In this document: piece by piece, positions 44,801 to 59,900 of the stretch
Numbering within the stretch: the stretch's first letter is position 1
Layout: the number at the start of each line of letters is the position of its first letter
From: the human T2T-CHM13v2.0 reference genome, Homo sapiens
Strand: one strand, 5' to 3'
Length of the DNA stretch: 64,000 nucleotides
Assembly (NCBI RefSeq): GCF_009914755.1
Contig: NC_060939.1
Translations under genes and position numbers: made by a program
The notes under the pieces: generated by a model
Databases searched by the model: none
What the model saw: the letters and a program-made list of their open reading frames with translations, nothing else
Told to the model about the DNA's origin: nothing

Positions 44801-47800
44801 GATGTATGATATATAAGATATCATAATATAATATATATTTTAACATTATGTATGTAACATGTAATATGTGATATATAAAATAAATTATGTAATATAAAAT
44901 AATATAATATAATATATACTATATTAAGGTATATTATGTAAAGTATGTAATAAAATTATAAGTAACATAATATATAGTTATATATATTATCTTATGTATT
45001 TACATAGAGTATTATACAGTTATATATAATTTTATATTGTTATATATAATTTAATATAAAACAAATATAATATACATCATAACATATATATTGTATACCA
45101 TATATATATTATGTATCATATATTGTATGTTATATATTATATATTCTATATCATATATCATATATTATATGTTATATATATCACATTCCACATTTTGTAT
45201 ATTATAAATTATATACAATATATGACATATATTATATTATATATAATAAATTATACATTATATGTAACATAGTATATATTATATGTAACATGTATATTCT
45301 ATGTAAAATATATAATATATAACATATAACATATAATTAATAACATAGACATATAATATATATTTAATATATGTACTATATATACAACGTATTATACATA
45401 TACTATATAATATATATTATATATATGGCATAAAATATAATATATATTATATGTCATATTTTATATATACAATTATATATTATTATATGTTATTTTATAT
45501 TATGTATAACATAGATATAATATATATACCTATAATGTATATTACATATAACGTAGATATTATATATAATATATATAATGTATATTATATATAACGTAGA
45601 TATTATATATAATATATATAATGTATATTATATATTTAATACGTATATTAACCATATAATATATTCTATATATGATATATAATATATATTATATATGTCA
45701 TAAAACATAATATATAATATATGTCATTGTATAAATATAATACTTATATATTATCAATTATTATATTACATTTAATATATATAATATAAGATGCAGGATG
45801 TGAGACAATATTATATATATGTTATTTATATTATATATATGATACTATATATTATTGTATACATAATGTGTATATATATTTGTGGGTGCCCTATTTCCCA
45901 TCTCATAACTTGTTTTAAGAAGCGCAGCATAATAATGTGTGGGCTTGGGATTCAGTTTTTGAAACAAAACACTGAGCCTTCAATGACCTTTCGGTCTATG
46001 TAGAAGCGCTCCTGTCTTCGTGGCAGCAGTTGGACCTCACAATGTGGATTGTGCCGTCACCCTGCAATGTTTATGCCCTATCGCCATGGTGACGGGATTA
46101 GGGATCTCCTGCTCTTGGTCCTAAAGGCCACTGTCTGTGCTGTGTTTTTCAAAGGTCAGCACAGAGTGAACCTTTGTGGTTTTATTTTCCCTGAGTTTGA
46201 TTTTTCTCATGGGGAACCTGTGGTGCTGCTTTGAAGGTATATTCATACTGGCCTTTCAAATGCCAACTCTTCAAATTACTAGTTAATGCTTTCAAAGTAT
46301 GTTATTTCAAAAATTATCCTCCGTATTTTCCATATGCAGTTATAAATATGTTTCATGGTTATGTTTCATTCCTCAGTTTATATATTTGATTATTGTACCA
46401 AGCAGAGTACCTTTGAAATTTTTTTTCATCTAAAAAATATGTAAATTAGCTCAGGCCTGTAATCCCAGCAAATTTGGAGGCCAAGGCAAGGGGATCACAA
46501 GGTAAAGAGATCAAGACCATCCTGGCCAATACAGTGAAACGCTGTCACTACGAAAAATCCAAAAAATTAGCTAGGCATTGTGGCAGCTGGTGTAGTCCCA
46601 GTGTGGTGTAGTCCAAGCTACCTGGGAGGCTGAGGGAGGGCAATCGCTTGAACCCGTGAGGCCGATGTTGCAGTGAGCAAATTTGGTGCCATTGTACTCC
46701 ACCCTGTGCAACAGGACAACACTCTGTCTAAAAAAAAATTATATATGATATATGTTATATGTTATGTAATATGCTTTATATGTAATATATAACCTCATAT
46801 ATATTATATGTCATAATATATAATAGTTATCCTGTGTCATATTATATATATTATATATTTCATAACATATATAATATATAATACATATTATACATCTTAT
46901 ATATGAAAATATGTAATTAGAGATAAAATAACATATAGTTATATATAATATGATATATAACATATATACTATATCATATATGATATATAATATATAATTT
47001 TTTATTGCATATTATAATTCATATATATTATAATTTATATAATGATATAATTATTTATATAATATAAATAATTATACATGCTTATATAATTATATATAAT
47101 ATAAATAATAATATATATAATTACATATTCATATCGTTATATATAATAATACATTTCATATGTAATTATATATATCATATAATAGACAACACACCTAATA
47201 TATAATATATAATATATATTATACAATATAGGATACAAAAGATGTATGATATATAAGATATCATAATATAATATATATTTTAACATTATGTATGTAACAT
47301 GTAATATGTGATATATAAAATAAATTATGTAATATAAAATAATATAATATAATATATACTATATTAAGGTATATTATGTAAAGTATGTAATAAAATTATA
47401 AGTAACATAATATATAGTTATATATATTATCTTATGTATTTACATAGAGTATTATACAGTTATATATAATTTTAAATTGTTATATATAATTTAATATAAA
47501 ACAAATATAATATACATCATAAAATATATATTGTATACCATATATATTATGTATCGTATATTGTATGTTATATATCATATATTTTATATCATATATCATA
47601 TATTATATGTTATATGTATCACATTCCACATTTTGTATATTATAAATTATATACAATATATGACATATATTATATATAATAAATTATACATTATATGTAA
47701 CATAGTATATATTATATGTAACATGTATATTCTATGTAAAATATATAATATATAACATATTACATATAATTAATAACATAGACATATAATATATATTTAA

Positions 47801-50800
47801 TATATGTACTATATATACAACGTATTATACATACTCTATATAATATATATTATATATATGGCATAAAATATAATATATATTATATGTCATATTTCATATA
47901 TACAATTATATATTATTATATGTTATTTTATATTATATATAACATAGATATAATATATATACCTATAATGTATATTACATATAACGTAGATATTATATAT
48001 AATATATATAATGTATATTATATATAACGTAGATATTATATATAATATATATAATGTATATTATATATTTAATACGTATATTAACCATATAATATATTCT
48101 ATATATGATATATAATATATATTATATATGTCATAAAATATAATATATATTATATGTCATTGTATAAATATAATACTTATATATTATCAATTATTATATT
48201 ACATTTAATATATATAATATAAGATGCAGGATGTGAAACAATATTATATATATGTTATTTATATTATATATATGATACTATATATTATTGTATACATAAT
48301 GTGTATATATATTTGTGGGTGCCCTATTTCCCATCTCATAACTTGTTTTAAGAAGCGCAGCATAATAATGTGTGGGCTTGGGATTCAGTTTTTGAAACAA
48401 AACACTGAGCCTTCAATGACCTTTCGGTCTATGTAGAAGCGCTCCTGTCTTCGTGGCAGCAGTTGGACCTCACAATGTGGATTGTGCCGTCACCCTGCAA
48501 TGTTTATGCCCTATCGCCATGGTGATGGGATTAGGGATCTCCTGCTCTTGGTCCTAAAGGCCACTGTCTGTGCTGTGTTTTTCAAAGGTCAGCACAGAGT
48601 GAACCTTTGTGGTTTTATTTTCCCTGAGTTTGATTTTTCTCATGGGGAACCTGTGGTGCTGCTTTGAAGGTATATTCATACTGTCCTTTCAAATGCCAAC
48701 TCTTCAAATTACTAGTTAATGCTTTCAAAGTATGTTATTTCAAAAATTATCCTCTGTATTTTCCATATGCAGTTATAAATATGTTTCATGGTTATGTTTC
48801 ATTCCTCAGTTTATATATTTGATTATTATACCACGCAGAGTACCTTTGAAATTTTTTTTCATCTAAAAAATATGTAAATTAGCTCAGGCCTGTAATCCCA
48901 GCAAATTTGGAGGCCAAGGCAAGGGGATCACAAGGTAAAGAGATCAAGACCATCCTGGCCAATACAGTGAAAGGCTGTCACTACTAAAAATCCAAAAAAT
49001 TAGCTAGGCATTGTGGCAGCTGGTGTAGTCCCAGTGTGGTGTAGTCCAAGCTACCTGGGAGGCTGAGGGAGGGCAATCGCTTGAACCCGTGAGGCAGATG
49101 TTGCAGTGAGCAAATTTGGTGCCATTGTACTCCACCCTGTGCAACAGGACAACACTCTGTCTAAAAAAAAATTATATATGATATATGTTATATGTTATGT
49201 AATATGCTTTATATGTAATATATAACCTCATATATATTATATGTCATAATATATAATATTTATCCTGTGTCATATTATATATATTATATATTTCATAACA
49301 TATATAATATATAATACATATTATATATTTCATAACATATATAATATATAATACATATTATACATCTTATATATGAAAATATGTAATTAGAGATAAAATA
49401 ACATATAGTTATATATAATATGATATATAACATATATACTATATCATATATGATATATAATATATAATTTTTTATTACATATCATAATTCATATATATTA
49501 TAATTTATATAATGATATAATTATTTATATAATATAAATAATTATACATAATTATATAATTATATATAATATAAATAATAATGTATATAATTTCATATTC
49601 TTATCGTTATATATAATAATACATTTCATATGTAATTATATATATCATATAATAGACAACACACCTAATATATAATATATAATATATATTATACAATATA
49701 GGATACATAATATGTATGATATATAAGATATCATAATATAATATATATTTTAACATTATGTATGTAACATGTAATATGTGATATTTAAAATAAATTATGT
49801 AATATAAAATAATATAATATAATATATACTATATTAAGGTATATTATGTAAAGTATGTAATAAAATTATAAGTAACATAATATATAGTTATATATATTAT
49901 CTTATGTATTTACATAGAGTATTATACAGTTATATATAATTTTAAATTGTTATATATAATTTAATATAAAACAAATATAATATACATCATAAAATATATA
50001 TTGTATACCATATATATATTATGTATCATATATTGTATGTTATATATCATATATTGTATATCATATATCATATATTATATGTTATATGTATCACATTCCA
50101 CATTTTGTATATTATAAATTATATACAATATATGACATATATTATATTATATATAATAAATTATACATTATATGTAACATAGTATATATTATATGTAACA
50201 TGTATATTCTATGTAAAATATATAATATATAACATATTACATATAATTAATAACATAGACATATAATATATATTTAATATATGTACTATATATACAACGT
50301 ATTATACATATACTATATAATATATATTATATATATGGCATAAAATATAATATATATTATATGTCATATTTTATATATACAATTATATATTATTATATGT
50401 TATTTTATATTATGTATAACATAGATATAATATATATACCTATAATGTATATTACATATAACGTAGATATTATATATAATATATATAATGTATATTATAT
50501 ATAACGTAGATATTATATATAATATATATAATGTATATTATATATTTAATACGTATATTAACCATATAATATATTCTATATATGATATATAATATATATT
50601 ATATATGTCATAAAATATAATATATATTATATGTCATTGTATAAATATAATACTTATATATTATCAATTATTATATTACATTTAATATATATAATATAAG
50701 ATGCAGGATGTGAAACTATATTATATATATGTTATTTATATTATATATATGATACTATATATTATTGTATACATAATGTGTATATATATTTGTGGGTGCC

Positions 50801-53800
50801 CTATTTCCCATCTCATAACTTGTTTTAAGAAGCGCAGCATAATAATGTGTGGGCTTGGGATTCAGTTTTTGAAACAAAACACTGAGCCTTCAATGACCTT
50901 TCGGTCTATGTAGAAGCGCTCCTGTCTTCGTGGCAGCAGTTGGACCTCACAATGTGGATTGTGCCGTCACCCTGCAATGTTTATGCCCTATCGCCATGGT
51001 GACGGGATTAGGGATCTCCTGCTCTTGGTCCTAAAGGCCACTGTCTGTGCTGTGTTTTTCAAAGGTCAGCACAGAGTGAACCTTTGTGGTTTTATTTTCC
51101 CTGAGTTTGATTTTTCTCATGGGGAACCTGTGGTGCTGCTTTGAAGGTATATTCATACTGGCCTTTCAAATGCCAACTCTTCAAATTACTAGTTAATGCT
51201 TTCAAAGTATGTTATTTCAAAAATTATCCTCCGTATTTTCCATATGCAGTTATAAATATGTTTCATGGTTATGTTTCATTCCTCAGTTTATATATTTGAT
51301 TATTGTACCAAGCAGAGTACCTTTGAAATTTTTTTCATCTAAAAAATATGTAAATTAGCTCAGGCCTGTAATCCCAGCAAATTTGGAGGCCAAGGCAAGG
51401 GGATCACAAGGTAAAGAGATCAAGACCATCCTGGCCAATACAGTGAAACGCTGTCACTACTAAAAATCCAAAAAATTAGCTAGGCATTGTGGCAGCTGGT
51501 GTAGTCCCAGTGTGGTGTAGTCCAAGCTACCTGGGAGGCTGAGGGAGGGCAATCGCTTGAACCCGTGAGGCAGATGTTGCAGTGAGCAAATTTGGTGCCA
51601 TTGTACTCCACCCTGTGCAACAGGACAACACTCTGTCTAAAAAAAAATTATATATGATATATGTTATATGTTATGTAATATGCTTTATATGTAATATATA
51701 ACCTCATATATATTATATGTCATAATATATAATAGTTATCCTGTGTCATATTATATATATTATATATTTCATAACATATATAATATATAATACATATTAT
51801 ACATCTTATATATGAAAATATGTAATTAGAGATAAAATAACATATAGTTATATATAATATGATATATAACATATATACTATATCATATATGATATATAAT
51901 ATATAATTTTTTATTGCATATTATAATATATATATGTTATAATTTATATAATGATATAATTATATATATAATATAAATAATTATACATGCTTATATAATT
52001 ATATATAATATAAATAATAATATATATAATTACATATTCATATCGTTATATATAATAATACATTTCATATGTAATTATATATATCATATAATAGACAACA
52101 CACCTAATATATAATATATAATATATATTATACAATATAGGATACAAAAGATGTATGATATATAAGATATCATAATATAATATATATTTTAACATTATGT
52201 ATGTAACATGTAATATGTGATATATAAAATAAATTATGTAATATAAAATAATATAATATAATATATACTATATTAAGGTATATTATGTAAAGTATGTAAT
52301 AAAATTATAAGTAACATAATATATAGTTATATATATTATCTTATGTATTTACATAGAGTATTATACAGTTATATATAATTTTAAATTGTTATATATAATT
52401 TAATATAAAACAAATATAATATATATCATAACATATATATTGTATACCATATATATATTATGTATCATATATTGTATGTTATATATTATATATTCTATAT
52501 CATATATCATATATTATATGTTATATATATCACATTCCACATTTTGTATATTATAAATTATATGCAATATATGACATGTATTATATTATATATAATAAAT
52601 TATACATTATATGTAACATAGTATATATTATATGTAACATGTATATTCTATGTAAAATATATAATATATAACATATTACATATAATTAATAACATAGACA
52701 TATAATATATATTTAACATATGTACTATATATACAACGTATTATACATATACTATATAATATATATTATATATATGGCATAAAATATAATATATATTATA
52801 TGTCATATTTTATATATACAATTATATATTATTATATGTTATTTTATATTATCTATAACATAGATATAATATATACACCTATAATGTATATTACATATAA
52901 TGTAGATATTATATATAATATATATAATGTATATTATATATAACGTAGATATTATATATAATATATATAATGTATATTATATATTTAATACGTATACTAA
53001 CCATATAATATATTCTATATATGATATATAATATATATTATATATGTCATAAAATATAATATATATTATATGTCATTGTATAAATATAATACTTATATAT
53101 TATCAATTATTATATTACATTTAATATATATAATATAAGATGCAGGATGTGAAACAATATTATATATATGTTATTTATATTATATATATGATACTATATA
53201 TTATTGTATACATAATGTGTATATATATTTGTGGGTGCCCTATTTCCCATCTCATAACTTGTTTTAAGAAGCGCAGCATAATAATGTGTGGGCTTGGGAT
53301 TCAGTTTTTGAAACAAAACACTGAGCCTTCAATGACCTTTCGGTCTATGTAGAAGCGCTCCTGTCTTCGTGGCAGCAGTTGGACCTCACAATGTGGATTG
53401 TGCCGTCACCCTGCAATGTTTATGCCCTATCGCCATGGTGACGGGATTAGGGATCTCCTGCTCTTGGTCCTAAAGGCCACTGTCTGTGCTGTGTTTTTCA
53501 AAGGTCAGCACAGAGTGAACCTTTGTGGTTTTATTTTCCCTGAGTTTGATTTTTCTCATGGGGAACCTGTGGTGCTGCTTTGAAGGTATATTCATACTGG
53601 CCTTTCAAATGCCAACTCTTCAAATTACTAGTTAATGCTTTCAAAGTATGTTATTTCAAAAATTATCCTCCGTATTTTCCATATGCAGTTATAAATATGT
53701 TTCATGGTTATGTTTCATTCCTCAGTTTATATATTTGATTATTGTACCAAGCAGAGTACCTTTGAAATTTTTTTTCATCTAAAAAATATGTAAATTAGCT

Positions 53801-53944
53801 CAGGCCTGTAATCCCAGCAAATTTGGAGGCCAAGGCAAGGGGATCACAAGGTAAAGAGATCAAGACCATCCTGGCCAATACAGTGAAACGCTGTCACTAC
53901 TAAAAATCCAAAAAATTAGCTAGGCATTGTGGCAGCTGGTGTAG
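35891..53944 (+). repeat. Higher-order duplicated block, copy 2 (end of U15 to start of U23)
   Basis: Same unit-length series as U4-U10 (2433, 2440, 2440, 2440, 2433, 2477, 2439) and the same rare SNVs at offset 29,280. Confidence 0.92.
49281..49362 (+). repeat. The same 37-bp tandem duplication in U21
   Basis: Identical to 20001-20082 at offset 29,280. Confidence 0.93.
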
Positions 53945-56900
53945 TCCCAGTGTGGTGTAGTCCAAGCTACCTGGGAGGCTGAGGGAGGGCAATCGCTTGA
54001 ACCCGTGAGGCAGATGTTGCAGTGAGCAAATTTGGTGCCATTGTACTCCACCCTGTGCAACAGGACAACACTCTGTCTAAAAAAAAATTATATATGATAT
54101 ATGTTATATGTTATGTAATATGCTTTATATGTAATATATAACCTCATATATATTATATGTCATAATATATAATAGTTATCCTGTGTCATATTATATATAT
54201 TATATATTTCATAACATATATAATATATAATACATATTATACATCTTATATATGAAAATATGTAATTAGAGATAAAATAACATATAGTTATATATAATAT
54301 GATATATAACATATATACTATATCATATATGATATATAATATATAATTTTTTATTGCATATTATAATTCATATATATTATAATTTATATAATGATATAAT
54401 TATTTATATAATATAAATAATTATACATGCTTATATAATTATATATAATATAAATAATAATATATATAATTACATATTCATATCGTTATATATAATAATA
54501 CATTTCATATGTAATTATATATATCATATAATAGACAACACACCTAATATATAATATATAATATATATTATACAATACAGGATACAAAAGATGTATGATA
54601 TATAAGATATCATAATATAATATATATTTTAACATTATGTATGTAACATGTAATATGTGATATATAAAATAAATTATGTAATATAAAATAATATAATATA
54701 ATATATACTATATTAAGGTATATTATGTAAAGTATGTAATAAAATTATAAGTAACATAATATATAGTTATATATATTACCTTATGTATTTACATAGAGTA
54801 TTATACAGTTATATATAATTTTAAATTGTTATATATAATTTAATATAAAACAAATATAATATATATCATAACATATATATTGTATACCATATATATATTA
54901 TGTATCATATATTGTATGTTATATATTATATATTCTATATCATATATCATATATTATATGTTATATATATCACATTCCACATTTTGTATATTATAAATTA
55001 TATACAATATATGACATGTATTATATTATATATAATAAATTATACATTATATGTAACATAGTATATATTATATGTAACATGTATATTCTATGTAAAATAT
55101 ATAATATATAACATATTACATATAATTAATAACATAGACATATAATATATATTTAACATATGTACTATATATACAACGTATTATACATATACTATATAAT
55201 ATATATTATATATATGGCATAAAATATAATATATATTATATGTCATATTTTATATATACAATTATATATTATTATATGTTATTTTATATTATCTATAACA
55301 TAGATATAATATATATACCTATAATGTATATTACATATAACGTAGATATTATATATAATATATATAATGTATATTATATATAACGTAGATATTATATATA
55401 ATATATATAATGTATATTATATATTTAATACGTATATTAACCATATAATATATTCTATATATGATATATAATATATATTATATATGTCATAAAATATAAT
55501 ATATATTATATGTCATTGTATAAATATAATACTTATATATTATCAATTATTATATTACATTTAATATATATAATATAAGATGCAGGATGTGAAACAATAT
55601 TATATATATGTTATTTATATTATATATATGATACTATATATTATTGTATACATAATGTGTATATATATTTGTGGGTGCCCTATTTCCCATCTCATAACTT
55701 GTTTTAAGAAGCGCAGCATAATAATGTGTGGGCTTGGGATTCAGTTTTTGAAACAAAACACTGAGCCTTCAATGACCTTTCGGTCTATGTAGAAGCGCTC
55801 CTGTCTTCGTGGCAGCAGTTGGACCTCACAATGTGGATTGTGCCGTCACCCTGCAATGTTTATGCCCTATCGCCATGGTGACGGGATTAGGGATCTCCTG
55901 CTCTTGGTCCTAAAGGCCACTGTCTGTGCTGTGTTTTTCAAAGGTCAGCACAGAGTGAACCTTTGTGGTTTTATTTTCCCTGAGTTTGATTTTTCTCATG
56001 GGGAACCTGTGGTGCTGCTTTGAAGGTATATTCATACTGGCCTTTCAAATGCCAACTCTTCAAATTACTAGTTAATGCTTTCAAAGTATGTTATTTCAAA
56101 AATTATCCTCCGTATTTTCCATATGCAGTTATAAATATGTTTCATGGTTATGTTTCATTCCTCAGTTTATATATTTGATTATTGTACCAAGCAGAGTACC
56201 TTTGAAATTTTTTTCATCTAAAAAATATGTAAATTAGCTCAGGCCTGTAATCCCAGCAAATTTGGAGGCCAAGGCAAGGGGATCACAAGGTAAAGAGATC
56301 AAGACCATCCTGGCCAATACAGTGAAACGCTGTCACTACTAAAAATCCAAAAAATTAGCTAGGCATTGTGGCAGCTGGTGTAGTCCCAGTGTGGTGTAGT
56401 CCAAGCTACCTGGGAGGCTGAGGGAGGGCAATCGCTTGAACCCGTGAGGCAGATGTTGCAGTGAGCAAATTTGGTGCCATTGTACTCCACCCTGTGCAAC
56501 AGGACAACACTCTGTCTAAAAAAAAATTATATATGATATATGTTATATGTTATGTAATATGCTTTATATGTAATATATAACCTCATATATATTATATGTC
56601 ATAATATATAATAGTTATCCTGTGTCATATTATATATATTATATATTTCATAACATATATAATATATAATACATATTATACATCTTATATATGAAAATAT
56701 GTAATTAGAGATAAAATAACATATAGTTATATATAATATGATATATAACATATATACTATATCATATATGATATATAATATATAATTTTTTATTGCATGT
56801 TATAATATATATATGTTATAATTTATATAATGATATAATTATATATATAATATAAATAATTATACATGATTATATAATTATATATAATATAAATAATAAT

Positions 56901-59900
56901 ATATATAATTACATATTCATATCGTTATATATAATAATACATTTCATATGTAATTATATATATCATATAATAGACAACACACCTAATATATAATATATAA
57001 TATATATTATACAATATAGGATACAAAAGATGTATGATATATAAGATATCATAATATAATATATATTTTAACATTATGTATGTAACATGTAATATGTGAT
57101 ATATAAAATAAATTATGTAATATAAAATAATATAATATAATATATACTATATTAAGGTATATTATGTAAAGTATGTAATAAAATTATAAGTAACATAATA
57201 TATAGTTATATATATTATCTTATGTATTTACATAGAGTATTATACAGTTATATATAATTTTAAATTGTTATATATAATTTAATATAAAACAAATATAATA
57301 TATATCATAACATATATATTGTATACCATATATATATTATGTATCATATATTGTATGTTATATATTATATATTGTATATCATATATCATATATTATATGT
57401 TATATATATCACATTCCACATTTTGTATATTATAAATTATATGCAATATATGACATGTATTATATTATATATAATAAATTATACATTATATGTAACATAG
57501 TATATATTATATGTAACATGTATATTCTATGTAAAATATATAATATATAACATATTACATATAATTAATAACATAGACATATAATATATATTTAACATAT
57601 GTACTATATATACAACGTATTATACATATACTATATAATATATATTATATATATGGCATAAAATATAATATATATTATATGTCATATTTTATATATACAA
57701 TTATATATTATTATATGTTATTTTATATTATCTATAACATAGATATAATATATATACCTATAATGTATATTACATATAATGTAGATATTATATATAATAT
57801 ATATAATGTATATTATATATAACGTAGATATTATATATAATATATATAATGTATATTATATATTTAATACGTATACTAACCATATAATATATTCTATATA
57901 TGATATATAATATATATTATATATGTCATAAAATATAATATATATTATATGTCATTGTATAAATATAATACTTATATATTATCAATTATTATATTACATT
58001 TAATATATATAATATAAGATGCAGGATGTGAAACAATATTATATATATGTTATTTATATTATATATATGATACTATATATTATTGTATACATAATGTGTA
58101 TATATATTTGTGGGTGCCCTATTTCCCATCTCATAACTTGTTTTAAGAAGCGCAGCATAATAATGTGTGGGCTTGGGATTCAGTTTTTGAAACAAAACAC
58201 TGAGCCTTCAATGACCTTTCGGTCTATGTAGAAGCGCTCCTGTCTTCGTGGCAGCAGTTGGACCTCACAATGTGGATTGTGCCGTCACCCTGCAATGTTT
58301 ATGCCCTATCGCCATGGTGACGGGATTAGGGATCTCCTGCTCTTGGTCCTAAAGGCCACTGTCTGTGCTGTGTTTTTCAAAGGTCAGCACAGAGTGAACC
58401 TTTGTGGTTTTATTTTCCCTGAGTTTGATTTTTCTCATGGGGAACCTGTGGTGCTGCTTTGAAGGTATATTCATACTGGCCTTTCAAATGCCAACTCTTC
58501 AAATTACTAGTTAATGCTTTCAAAGTATGTTATTTCAAAAATTATCCTCCGTATTTTCCATATGCAGTTATAAATATGTTTCATGGTTATGTTTCATTCC
58601 TCAGTTTATATATTTGATTATTGTACCAAGCAGAGTACCTTTGAAATTTTTTTTCATCTAAAAAATATGTAAATTAGCTCAGGCCTGTAATCCCAGCAAA
58701 TTTGGAGGCCAAGGCAAGGGGATCACAAGGTAAAGAGATCAAGACCATCCTGGCCAATACAGTGAAACGCTGTCACTACTAAAAATCCAAAAAATTAGCT
58801 AGGCATTGTGGCAGCTGGTGTAGTCCCAGTGTGGTGTAGTCCAAGCTACCTGGGAGGCTGAGGGAGGGCAATCGCTTGAACCCGTGAGGCAGATGTTGCA
58901 GTGAGCAAATTTGGTGCCATTGTACTCCACCCTGTGCAACAGGACAACACTCTGTCTAAAAAAAAATTATATATGATATATGTTATATGTTATGTAATAT
59001 GCTTTATATGTAATATATAAACTCATATATATTATATGTCATAATATATAATAGTTATCCTGTGTCATATTATATATATTATATATTTCATAACATATAT
59101 AATATATAATACATATTATACAACTTATATATGAAAATATGTAATTAGAGATAAAATAACATATAGTTATATATAATATGATATATAACATATATACTAT
59201 ATCATATATGATATATAATATATAATTTTTTATTGCATATTATAATTCATATATATTATAATTTATATAATGATATAATTATTTATATAATATAAATAAT
59301 TATACATGATTATATAATTATATATAATATAAATAATAATATATATAATTACATATTCATATCGTTATATATAATAATACATTTCATATGTAATTATATA
59401 TATCATATAATAGACAACACACCTAATATATAATATATAATATATATTATACTATATAGGATACAAAAGATGTATGATATATAAGATATCATAATATAAT
59501 ATATATTTTAACATTATGTATGTAACATGTAATATGTGATATATAAAATAAATTATGTAATATAAAATAATATAATATAATATATACTATATTAAGGTAT
59601 ATTATGTAAAGTATGTAATAAAATTATAAGTAACATAATATATAGTTATATATATTATCTTATGTATTTACATAGAGTATTATACAGTTATATATAATTT
59701 TAAATTGTTATATATAATTTAATATAAAACAAATATAATATACATCATAACATATATATTGTATACCATATATATATTATGTATCATATATTGTATGTTA
59801 TATATCATATATTGTATATCATATATTATATGTTATATGTATCACATTCCACATTTTGTATATTATAAATTATATACAATATATGACATATATTATATTA

